DNA of 64,000 nucleotides. Origin: Lama guanicoe (lineage: Eukaryota). The stretch's first letter is position 1, and the number at the start of each line of letters is the position of its first letter. A program made the translations under genes and the position numbers. The notes under the pieces are model-generated. The model ran no database searches and had not been told where the DNA came from. It saw only the letters and a list, made by a program, of their open reading frames with translations. Of this stretch, positions 42,373 through 54,800 are shown piece after piece. The stretch covers positions 4,688,724-4,752,723 of the forward strand of contig MU054338.1 of NCBI GenBank assembly GCA_013239625.1, read 5' to 3'.

Positions 42373-42568
42373 ACCAGGAGGCATACATGGTGTCTAAGAG
42401 GCTCGAGCAGATCCCTCGCCATCAGTGGCTCCCTCGCTCACGGCCGATGAACTCTAGGTTTTCACAGTTTTAACAGGCGGCACAACCAACTCCAATTCCA
42501 ACTCCAAGCTTTTCTTCCCTCTTTGCTGCCCGCCCACCCCACCCCCCCGCCCAGAACCCAAGGACTCA

Positions 42569-42916
<348 letters not shown>

Positions 42917-43062
42917 TCAACGGCTTTGCCCAAATCCTGTCTGCACGGCAGCAGTCCTGGATGAGGGAGAGCAAGCCAAGAAAGCAGTAACAGTAACAGC
43001 TCGCTTCTACAGCATTTGCTACCCGCCAGGCACAGCTATTCACTCACTTCAGCCCCCAAACC

Positions 43063-43520
43063 AGTGATGGGCTCGTAAATGTTTAACAGCCTCTTCAGGG
43101 AGGGGGAGAGGGAGGGGATGGGGCGGGGGGGGAGGGCAGAGAGGCTCTGCTTTATAGCATTTGCTAATTTCCATGCTGTAAATACTGCCCCCCACGGTCC
43201 CTGTCAAGCCACCCACCTACAGCTCCTGGATGTGGAGCCAGTAGGAGATACATAGCAGCGCAGTATTAAATAGTCCCCTACGCAGGGCTACAATAGTAGC
43301 AAACGACCTCAAAGGCATAAATAATGGGGGGAAAAAAGAAGAAAAATGCAGCGCGATAATTAGGCAGTGGTGAATTTTGACTATTTATTACCTTTGCTTT
43401 GAACATCATTTAGTTGTAAGTTCCTATCAGTTAAATTTTAACAACAGCTGGTTTAAGAAATAGTCTGCAAGTTTCCTGAAAATTACCCAGTTGGCTCTAA
43501 CATGCAGCTGCAGGACCAGC
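43063..43520. mobile_element. MER63-like DNA transposon
   Basis: cagtgatgggctcgtaaatgtttaacagcc ... gcaagtttcctgaaaatt..ttggctct. Confidence 0.55.
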
Positions 43521-44299
43521 ATAAACAGAGAAGTTACCATCTCCATTTTCTCCGCTTTACAAATGGGGAAACCAAGGCACAAGGTGGTTAGACAAATGGC
43601 CCAAAGGTCATTTACTGCTTCAACAGACGTTTGCTTGCACTGATCTGATCTAGATTTTGCAGGCACTGTGGGAACAGTGTTCGAAGACCCTGCCCTCCAG
43701 ACCACATGGTCTAAGGGAGGAGGCATTTTAGTTACTTTAAAGTTTACCTGTATACACTGCAAGTGCTGAAGGTAAGAGGGGGTAGCCATTCTGCTGTGAC
43801 CTGAAGGAGCTCATGAATAGGAAAGAAGGAGGGGGCATGGATTTCGTGGCAGAAGTGTATCTTGTGTGATGCGACTGCGCTTGTCCGCTGAAGGCTGGAC
43901 TCCGCGCTGGCTTTCTCCAGAGGTGTGTGGCACATCCCCTCTCTCCCGACGTCTCACTACTCATCCCTTCCTGCTTACCCTTGACTTTGGTCCCTCAGCA
44001 TCTGGCCTGGACCTCAAGGACCAGCCCTCCCTTCCCAGACTGCCCGCAGACTTGTCCATGGACAGACGGCTTCCCTGAGGCTGAAGACCTGGGCCACGGT
44101 AGAGTCTTTTTTCAGGGTGCCTTCTTGGCTCACTGCCTAGACAGCCTGAAACATGGTTTGGAAGCTGGGGAGTGTGATTCACCCCAAATCCTCAGGCCCT
44201 TTGATTGTTGCAGGGAACATCACAGCCCAAGTGGACCCCACCCACCGGACCCAGGGAACCGAAGTGGCTTCAGAAGACACATTCCCATATGTGGAACAA

Positions 44300-45160
44300 G
44301 CACTGTCTGATGGAACTTTCTGTGATGACAGAAATGGTCTGGCTTGGCGCTGTGCAACACGGTAGCCATCTCTGCCCCGTGGCTGTTGTATGTGGTTAGT
44401 GCAACGCGGAACCAAATATTTTTTTAATTGTGGCAAAATATGCACAGCATAAAATTGACCATTTTAACCGTTTTTAAGTGTACAGTCCACTGGCATGAAG
44501 TATATTCACATTGCTGTGCATCCATCCATCTCTAGAACTTTCTCATCTTCTCAAACTGAAACTCTGTCCCCATGAAACACTGACTCCCCACCCCCTCCCC
44601 CAGCCCCTGCCCCACCGCCTACTTCCTGTCTCTGTGGATTTAACTCCTCAAGGGACCTCCTGTGAGTGGAATCACACAATATCTGTCCTTTTGCGTCTGG
44701 CTTATTTCACTGAGCGTCACGTTCTCAAGGCCCCTCCATGCTATAACCAGTGTCAGCAGGTCCCTCTTTTTGAAGGCTGAGTACTATTTCATCGCGTGTA
44801 TACACCACGTTCTGTTTATCCATCCATCCATCAGTGGACACTTGGATTGCTTCCACCTTTTGCCTATTGTGATTAACATGCCTGCGATCATGGCTGATCG
44901 ACCATCTCTTTGAGACGATATTTTCAACTTTTTTATGTATATACCCAGAAGCTAAATTGTTGAATCAGAGGGTACTTCTATTTTTAGTTTTTTGAGGAAC
45001 CAATGTGCTGTCTTCCACAGCATCTGTACCATTGGACTTTCTCACCAAGAAGACACAAGGGTTCTAATTTCTACTGTGGAATCAAGCTTTTAACTGTGTT
45101 TCAGTTTTAATTTTAATAACCACAGGTGACTACTAGCTCTGGCATTGGACAACAGAGGCT
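44300..45160. mobile_element. MER3-like element split by an antisense L1MB-type fragment (44418-45070)
   Basis: MER3-like halves (gcactgtctgatggaactttctgtgatga / tggcattggacaacagagg) flank L1 sequence aaaattgaccattttaaccgtttttaagtgtacag... Confidence 0.6.
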
Positions 45161-47904
45161 TAGAGAATACAAATAAACTCCTTGCCAAAGCCTACAGGTC
45201 TCACATGCTCCCGGCCCCGGGAGCAGGGACCCCCCTGCCCCGGAGCCCCGCTGCCCCTCACGCACCCAGGCTCAGCCCCACAGCAGGACCTCAGTGTCTG
45301 CTGCTCTGGCTGCGGAACCTGCCCCTTTTTCTCCTGTAACTGGCTCTTTCTTGACCTTCAGGTCTCAACCCCGAACTTCCCTGACGTCCCCACTCCCTCT
45401 CCTTCTCAAAGCACGTTCTAACACATGATCTTATGACATTTTTCTTACAGCACTTACCAGTCTCGAAAATTATCTTGGATGCTTGTGACTGTCTCGAGGG
45501 GAGCTGGGGGGGCAGGGCCGTGTCGGCTCCATTTGCTGCACTGGCTCTCAGGATACCCAGTCCGAGGACAGAGCCTTGGACCAGCAGGAGCTCCGTAGAC
45601 ACATGTCCAAACAGACAAAGAGGAGGCCAAAGGAGGACCTTTGGGGTACTTGTAAGTCCCCAGTTTTTAGCCAGTGGCTCAGGAATTCATCCAAGATCCC
45701 CCAGTTGCAAGAGCTCCACAGACACCACAAAAAATTACACGGAAAATCCAGAGCATCTTCGCACGGGTGCATATACTGATTTTCTGCTTGGATCCAGAGA
45801 GAACAGGAGCAGGATAAGGCCAAACCAATAACGTCTGTGCAGGTGTTTTAGGGCTTACATACCTCCCCTCATTAGAGTCTTACTTCATTCTAACAAGGAC
45901 CCTGGCAGGGAGGGGGGCAGGCAGCATTACCTCCACCTCACAGCGGAGACAAGACTTGCTCAGCCGAGAAGCATCAGGGCCAAGACCAGAACCTCAGGCT
46001 CATGGCTCTGAACGCTATGTTCCTGGGTCAAAAGAATGACAGAGTCCACCCAGTCGGAGGGGAGAGGTGACATGCATAACGCTTCCCACCCCCCAGGCAC
46101 GCCATGAGGGTTTCTCTAAAGAACTACTGGGAGCCTCAGTTTTCCTGTCTGTAAAATGAGTCCCTTAACTCCTTCTCACACCTGAAAGAGAAGCTGTGGG
46201 TAAAACACTGGACCCTTGCAGAGGCCCGCTGCAGGCTTGATATCAGGCAGCCACTGTGGACGCTATCATTACTATTATTACCATTATTAATCATCTGTCT
46301 GCAGGGGCCCAAGGGCTGGAATTCAATGGCAGGAAGCAATATGGAAGGCAGACAATTATCTCGGACCAGCGAGGACCCCGCCCTCGGGGAAGGCCTTCGT
46401 GAGGGCAGGAAGGGGCCTGCTTCCTGGGCTGGGGCTGCGTCCGAGGGTCAGTCCTCAAGTTCAAAGGAGGTGTCAGCAAAGACCTAACAAAAACTTCCCG
46501 AACACATAAGCCTTCCGGCCGAGACAATGGTAAGAAAAATTATCCAGCACTCGCATAGGAGGCCAGAGGCTGACTGCAGGGCCATTCAGTTTTCCTCTGG
46601 AGCCCTGCGGGTAAGACGCACCCCTGGGCGCTGCACCTCACGCCCCAGCACAGGGGGGCGGGTCACTTTCTATGCAGAGGGTCGGCGAGCAGACGCTCCT
46701 GCCACGCGCCCCAGGCCGCTCAGCTGCTGGGCGGGGAGGCCTGTGGCCAAAAGCACGTTGTGCCCGATACAACTTTATTTACAAAAGCAGACGATGGGCC
46801 GGGTAGCTTGCCAACCCCGCAGCCAGGGAAACGCACCTGCGACTGACGTTCTACCATTTCCATTAAGGCCTCAGCTCCAGGGAGCCAGATGTCCTCGTGT
46901 AGACGGATACAGTGTAAGTCGTTTTTATCCCGTGGAAGAAGTCGGCTCCGAAGATGGCAGGTTTATTGCCCTATGACACTGAGCGTCCCCACGCGGACCC
47001 TCGCAGTCCCGCTTTGGTAATCATGAACGCCGCGCTTTTACCGCCCTGTCGGCGCCCTCGCTGGAGGGTTAGAAGTGTTGCAGGTGTTCCTCTGTGCCTT
47101 TTTTTTTTTTTTTTTTTTTCAGAGTCATGTTTTTTTACCTTTCAAAGACTGTACTTTGATAACGGTAAGCCAACCCTGGTGTGTCCCACTCGGTTTCCAA
47201 GTAGTTTATTTTATTTAATAGAAATGTCACTGAGGGTGCCCCCCACCAAGTTTGAATTATGAAAACCATGTATTTTGCAAGATGAAAAGGGGCCCCGATG
47301 GAGAAGGGGGCTGGCTCTCCTCTCCCTGTGACCCGTGCCCCCTTTTACAGACACCAGATGAGCCCTAGCCACAGTCCCAGCAGCCAGGCTCAGAGGGCCA
47401 CCACCCCCAGGCTGTTCCTGCCGCAGAGAATGGCAATTTTTTCAAGACAACACTGAGCAGTCCGAGAGCTGCCGACCTTCCAGGACAGGTGACCGTTGTA
47501 CGCGTAGGAAACATCTGCCACTTCTCAGGGACAGCAAGCACCAGCCCTCCCCCTCCAAACACACGGATTCCTTGTCCCCAGCTCCTACCCAAGCTGCCTT
47601 GGGCTGCTGGCCCCAATTTCTTCCAAATTCTCCCTAAAGTTTCTAAAAGCCCCTGGCTTCTAGTTAAACACTAGCCAAAGCAGCCACTACCTTCCTCAAA
47701 CTTTCAACTCAAGTAGCTTTTTCACTAGACTCACTGAGAAGATTGAAAACTGAACTTTAAATAAGCCATTGGAGTGGGACGGAGGCAGCAGGTGCAAAGC
47801 CTGCCAGTTGGACCCTCTAAAGCAAGCAGAATGTGCCTCACCAAATGATGGCTCCCCTAGGGAGAGCTCTACAGATGTGCCAACCTGCTTGAGAGGTGGT
47901 TTCA

Positions 47905-48568
47905 CTCCTGGGCATATAGCTAGAAAAGATGAAAACTCTAATTTAAAAAGATTACAAGTACCCCCCACGTTCACAGCGGCACCACTTGCAACAGCCATGA
48001 CATGGAAGCAACTGAAGTCTCCACCGACGGGTGACCAGACAAGGAAAAATGGGAGATCTATACAATGGAATGTTACTCAGCCACGGAAAGAATGGAATAC
48101 TGCCATTTGCAGCAACACGGATGGCCCTGGAGATGATCATACTAAACGAAGTAAGTCAGACAGAGACAAATATCACATGATATCACTTATATGGAATCTA
48201 GGGGAAAAAAATGGCACAAGTGAACTTATTTACAAAATGGAAACAGACTCACAGACATTGAAAACAAATTTATGGTTACCAGGGGGGAAAGGGGAGGAGA
48301 GGGATAAATTTAGGAGTTTGACATTAACAGATACAAACTACTACATATAAAATAGATAACCAAGGACCTACTGTAGAGTAACAGGGAACTATAGTCAATA
48401 TCTTGTAATAACCTATAATGGAAAAGAATCTGAAAAAGAATATATATGTATCTATCTATCTATACACACACACACACCACACACACATATGTACACATAT
48501 ATGTATAACTGAGTCACTTCGCTGGACTCCTGAAACACTGCACATCAACTACACTTCAATTTTTATAA
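47905..48568 (+). mobile_element. L1 3' end (ORF2 tail remnant and 3' UTR) with a (CA)/(TA) microsatellite
   Basis: cactcctgggcatatagctagaaaagatgaaaactctaattt...agagacaaatatcacatgatatcactt...tacacttcaat. Confidence 0.8.
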
Positions 48569-48924
48569 AGAGAGAGGTGATTCAAAGCAAAGGAGGCAGG
48601 TACAATTTGACCCCAGTATTTCTACTGCTAGGAACTATCCTGCAGACAAGAGAGAACATGTGCACTTAGACACCTGGGCAAGGATATTCTTTACCCCACA
48701 GGAAATTAAACATTCCAGTTTATAACAACAAAAGGCCAGAAGACGGGTGTAAATAAATGACTGTGGATGAAGGAGGTGGAATAGTACGTAGCTATAAAAA
48801 CGCAGGTGGCTCCTATGCATTCTGATGTTGGAGTCACTTTCAAGATAGCATTAAGTGAAACAAAAAAACCAAAAAACAGTGTCTAAAGAACGAAACTTGT
48901 TAGTGGAAAAAGTAAAGAGATACC

Positions 48925-49530
48925 CATAGTGCAAATACAAAATGGACAGCTAGTCTGGAAAACAGTTTGGTTGTTTCTTATAAGGTTAAACATATACTTC
49001 TGATCCTTACCACACCATCTAGGGATTTACCCAGGTCAAGTGGAAAAAAATATATTTTTTTCACAAAAAGACCTGTTACCTGAATGTTTATAGTGGCTAC
49101 ATTTGTAACCACCCCAAAATTGAAACGTCTCTCAGCTGGGGAATGGATAAACATTGTACCTCCATACAATGAATTCTACTGAGCAGTCAAAAAATAATGA
49201 AGTGCTGACTCCCACAACACATGGATGAATTTCAAATGCATCGTATTAACTGTGAGAAGCCGGTCTCAGAAGCTACACACTGTATGATTCCATTTATATG
49301 ACATCCTGTTAAAGGCAAAGCTAGAGGGACAGTGGACACATCAGTGGTCATCAGGGGCTGGAACTGGGAGGAGCAGGGACTGACTGCAAGGGGCACAAAG
49401 AAATCTGAGGGATGATGGAACCATCCCCTATCTTGACTGTGGTGGTGGTTACATGACTGTATATATCAGTCAAAACTCACAGAACATTACACCAAAATGG
49501 GTGAATTTTGCTGTATATAAGTTATATCTT
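48925..49530 (+). mobile_element. Older L1 (L1MB/ME-type) 3' fragment
   Basis: ctggaaaacagtttgg..tttcttataaggttaaacata...tgtatgattccatttatatga. Confidence 0.65.
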
Positions 49531-50899
49531 AAATAGAGGGGGAAAGAAAAAGACAAATGGGGCATATGTTCCTCTGGAAGGACCACAAGATATGTGCCGG
49601 ATGACTGCCTGCAGGGAGGGGGACACAGATGGAGGGGAGGGTGGTAGCAGCGTCCTTACATATCAGCACAACTTGATTTTTTTTTTCCTGTGCATGTGTA
49701 CTGCCCTTCTAAAATTTACATCTATTTGAAAGCACATTTTTGAAAACATTTTCTAAAAACCTCTGACAGATGATTAATAAATGTTATTAATCAATTATAT
49801 CATCCTACCTGCAAATATTCCAATAGTGCCTGTGTAAGAATAGCTGACAGAGAGACTTCACAAAGGTTAAGATCTTTGTTGCCTCAGTACAAAATCAACA
49901 GTCAAAGCAACTAAATACCACGTGTGATCCTAGATTGAAATCTGGACCAAGAAGAAATATTATTGACGGTGAACAACATTTGGGACAATGGATGAGGCTG
50001 ATGTAAGGGACTGGGGATTAAAACATTGCTTCAGTGTTAATGTCCTGATTTTAATCGTACTGCGGTTGCCTAAGAGCATTTTCTTGTTCTTAGAAAATGC
50101 CCCACTGAAGAATTAAAGGTAGGGACAAAATGCCTGCAAACGACTCTCCCATGATCAGGGGAAAAAATAATATGTATTTAACATGTGTACATAAATAGAC
50201 AATAAAACAGCAGGATACAATCTAAGTAACTGATGAATCTAGGTACAAGTCTTGCAGATTTTCTATAAACTTGCAAACTACATCAAAGTTAAAAGTTACC
50301 AATTTATATCCAAGCAAGGTTAAAAGCTAGAATAGGGGGAGAAACAAAGGCTGTACCGTGTGGTAAACGACATGCCTACAAAAATACAGCCACTTTTTTT
50401 TTCCCTTGGCGTTTTTAAGTTCAGATCAGTTTGGTTTTTCTCAATTAAGAAGCTATACGGTAAAAACAAAACAAAAATTTAAAGAAAAACCCACTATTAA
50501 AAGTCTCCATAGCACAGCACATGTTAACAACACTTTGCTACATTCCTTTCCGAAACCTGTAGTTAAAAAAACAAAACAAAAAAAAACCCTCAAGATTTAT
50601 TATTTCAAAAATTACTGCTTTCCAGAAATTTCCAAACGGAACAGTTGCGTCATGGGCCTGCAGATACATTCACCAGAGCCTTGTGGCTCTCCCTGAAAGT
50701 GTGAATTTTATAAACTCCTTAAAGTAATTTACTTTGTTTCCATTCAAAGACTTTCTCTCTGGCGCTGGCCCCAGACCCTGAGAGCAGAGGTTCGAGTCCC
50801 CGGAGCCCTGTTGTTAGGAAATTCTTCCCCTTGGAATCTGTTGATTTAATGGTGGGGTGGGGAGCTGGGTGAACTTTTGACAGCTGGGTGGTCAACAGA

Positions 50900-51830
50900 C
50901 TGCCCTTCGAGTCTGCGCTCCCGGAGAAGCGGCGACCGCAGAAGTGCGTGTCCTTGAAGCAGGGAAGCTCCCGTTTTCCTTCCCCGACAATGCCGCCCCT
51001 ACGCGCGAGAATAGATTCGATTCCCAGACGCGTTTGGACTTTAGTTGCGGAGCTCTTCGGGGAAATACGGCGCGCGCAGGCCAGAAAGGAGGTGGAGCCC
51101 CAAGGGGCTGGGCCGGGGAGGGGGGGGCTTCCTCGCAAAGCCGCCTCAGGATTGGTCGGTTCCAGGCATCTCTGTGTGTTCATAAGGGGAGGGCCCAGGG
51201 CGGGCGATGCCCCACCACCGCGAGCCAGCGGCGCCTGCGAAGCACAAAGCCTGCGGCGCGCTCCGCTCCGTGGAATCCAGGCCGGGCGGTGGCGGCGGCC
51301 GCAGCGCCGCCCTCGCGTTCAGCCAATGGGCGGGCGTGCTGCCGGGGCGCTGGCCCCGCCCCCGAGCGCACGGGGCTCGGCTCGCCCGACTGGCGCTCGG
51401 GCCGTGACCGCCGCCGGGCGGTCCGCGCCGGGGGGCCCCGGGAGGGCCTCTCGAGGGTGCAGACCTTGCCGGGCGGGCCGGCGAAGGATGGCGCTTCGGA
51501 AAAAGTTAAAGAGAAGTAGAAGCCGAGCGTGCTGGCCGCCTGCAGCAGCCGCTGGGCGTCTTGGGCCGCGCGCGGCGCTGGGCGTGTGCCCGGGAGGAGA
51601 TCGGGTCACCGCGTGGCAGGCAGCGCCCGGCACGGCCGAGGGGCGCCCTGGCCCCGGCTGCCCTCGGGAGGGGCCCGGCGAGGGGCGGCGGCTCGCCGGG
51701 GTCGCACAGCAAAACCTCCCGAGTAGGGGCGAGGGGGTGTGGCAGGGGCAGAGTCCGCAGCACGCCGGGGGCCGTGCTCTTTCAGACCCTGCCGTCCGTG
51801 TTTCCACCCACCTCTCGTCCGGAATACTCG
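50900..51830. promoter_or_regulatory. Intragenic CpG island in INSR intron 2 with promoter-type motifs
   Basis: Very GC- and CpG-dense. ATTGG 51151-51155, CCAAT 51323-51327, many GGGCGG/CCGCCC boxes, YY1-like AGGATGGCG at 51485. Confidence 0.75.
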
Positions 51831-54800
51831 CTCCAAAATTACATTAAGAAAACTTACAAGGTTTCTTTTTGGGGTGCCCTCCAGCGAGTGTTACCCCTGC
51901 ATTTGAAAACGTCAAACTTGTGCTCCACATAAGTCTGCAATACCAGTTGACCAAGACATCAAATGGGCATTCTCCAACGCCCCCCCCGGGGGGGGAATAC
52001 ACTAAAATGTATATTCCGTTTCCAGGACACAACATTCAACCCATATCGGTTAATACTCTCTTATTAACCCTACTATTCAGACAGCCATCTCCATTACGGA
52101 TGGAGAAACTGAAGCACAGAAGGGCTGTTGCTAATGCCAGCTCAGATGGCAAACAGCAGGGCCAAAACTGGAACCCTGATCTCCCAGGTAGATGGGGACT
52201 GGGTGTGGCATCATGGACTTACCCTGTGGGTTTGACTCATAGGATTTCCCATCCTGGCCCACCTGCCTTTGGCCCCTTCCTGGCATTAGGATGCAGAAAT
52301 GGATGGAGACACTGTCTCTACTCTCCCAGGAGGCACGAAAAAGTTAAGCCACATTTAGGGGAGACGTGATACTATATCTGTCTTATTACTGCATCCCAGT
52401 GCCATGCACACAGTAGGTGCACAATAAAGCTCGTAGGAAAAAAAAAAGTGAGGGGAATCAGGTGACTGGCTTTATCCCAGAAGGACAGGAACAGTACATG
52501 CAAATGTGTGAATCATCAGATCTGTCTTTAACTATAAACAGTTCAGAGTTGATGAAGGGCAAAGTACAGAGGAAGCAGTGTGGGACACCAGGCCAGACAA
52601 GAAGGTTAGGGCACCAAGGGGCTTGGACTTTGCATCGCAGGATGAGACAAAGAAGGGCTTTAACCAGAAAAGACAACACCAGATCCACATTTGGAGCCAA
52701 TTTTCTGGCTTTTGGTGGATGGCTGAAGAAGGCAAGGGCAGAGGGAACAGGGAGGAAGAGTCTGGCTCCTCAAGCCATCAGGGAGGTGGGGCCATCAGGA
52801 CTTACCACGTGGATGACTCCCAAGTTTCCACCTTGGGCAGGTGTACGAGCTCACAAGAAGAACTGCAAGAAGCTAGATACTTAGACCTGGACGACCTGGA
52901 TTTGAGATGTGGAGTCCAGGACATCAGGGCTTCTGCACATGAATGACTGTGTTTGCGGTTGCTAAGTCATGTCTCAAACCACCCCAGCCTGCTCCTGAAA
53001 ATCATTCTTACTAAGGTGCATGGGCCCTTGTTTGCTGTGGACAGTTTTGAAGTTTTCCCTCATTTACGTATACAGTACATACACATTTTAGGCAATTAAT
53101 TAGAGCAATAACTTTTACAAAGTTGAGTTTTCGCCTACTCACGTTTTCTGATTCTTAAGCCAATGTAGATTTTACAGGCTATTTAGAAATTAATAATGGT
53201 GAAAGAATGCAACTTATGAGATGCTGGCATAGCTGTTCTCAGGGGCAAATTCAGAGCCTTAATGTCTTGCAAAAGGAAACAATTAACCTAAATGAAATAA
53301 GCACTTAAACCAGTAAATAAAGCTATCTTAATAATATTCCCCACGTTATTTTTTACCAGAGCTGTCTTTATAACTTTTTCATGGATTTTAAGTTACATTT
53401 CCATTTCCATTCTTAATTTTATATATTTGTTCTTCCTGCATCCTTTCTTCCCCCCTCAGTTACACTATGTGGAGTCTTCCTGCTAAAACAGCACTGTCCA
53501 ATAAACTGTCAAAGTTCTGTATCTGTGCTGTCCAATTTGATAGTCACTAGCTACATGTAGCCACTGAGTGTTGAAAATCTGGCTAATGTGACTGAGAAAC
53601 TGAATTAACTTTCCTGTGTCTAGTGGCTGCCCTCTTCTGCATCGCAGCTTCAAAAGGTCTAGCTGCTGAATTTGTCACTTCTGTCTGTTTTCTAGTCACT
53701 TAGTCCCTGCTCATTTGTTTCCCTCGTCCTGCACAGATTAGTCTCATGATTTGTTATCTCATTTTTGTGATTTCTCTATATAATTATTTAAGGCTTGCCT
53801 TTTACGTCTGCATCCACATTCTCCCCGTCTTCTAAAGAGACTGTCCTTGCAGTGTTGAGATCCTCCTTTGACCAAAGTTAAGAGTTGTGTTTTTAATTAT
53901 CACAAGGTGGGAATTTGTCTTGCATGCTTGTTTGGTTAAGCTTTTAAAACTTAATTTCCAGTTACGTTTTCTCACAGCCAGAGATTAAGCTGTTCAATGT
54001 CTGCTTTGGGGAATATATTGGGTTTTGGGGTTGGGTGTTTTGTTTTGAGATTTAACAGATGATTAGTTTGTATAAATACTCCAAGAGCACTTTAAAATGT
54101 GTACTGTTTGCAGAATACAAAGTTCCGCCCATATCTGTTACCACAATTTTATTAGCTGTATTATTCAAACTCCTTGTTGCCTAATTGAGGTTTATCTACA
54201 TGATCAAGGTGTTGTTTGTGTCTCCCCTGAGGTTTTGCAATTCCCCTTGTATTTCCTACAATGTGCTCTCTAAGGCTGGTTCTCTGGGTATTTGACTCTT
54301 ACCAACGACCTTCCCTTTACCCAGTGACAAAATCTCTCTCCTTTTCTCTCCGATAATGCTGTCTGCCTCCAATCCTTTGCATGCTCTTCTCATTCACATT
54401 TGCCCACATGTTTAAGTTTTCTGTGCCATTTTTTGGAATTAGGTAGAATCATTTTCTAGTGGGGAGAGGTGAGAAAGAGAGAGAGAGAGAAATGCAGCCT
54501 CTTTGGGAACAAGGAAGTGGGAATGGGAAATGTCGGGGTCTGAGATCTGTCGCTGTGGAAGGTCTGAATTGCAAGGAGGATTTCCCTGGCCACAATCTCG
54601 ACCATAAAAAAGGTTCGCTCACATGACCGATGGCTTTTCAATGACAAGCAAACGGTGGTCTTGAATGTGTACAGGTTGGCAGAAGCCAGTTTCCCGGGAG
54701 CTGCTATGCCCACGAGTTGGCAGAGTTTAGGCACAGGGACAGAGGATGGAGAAAATGTCCTCGGTTCCTAAAGGACAAAAGTAAACAGTAGGTGTACTGC

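Noticed and set aside
47769..48350. 193-aa ORF
   Set aside because: Read-through of a frameshifted L1 ORF2/3' UTR remnant.
50888..51847. 319-aa plus-strand ORF and overlapping ORFs on both strands
   Set aside because: Low-complexity R/A/G/P products with a non-ATG start, expected from stop-codon depletion in a CpG island; only the internal Kozak ATG is kept as a weak candidate.
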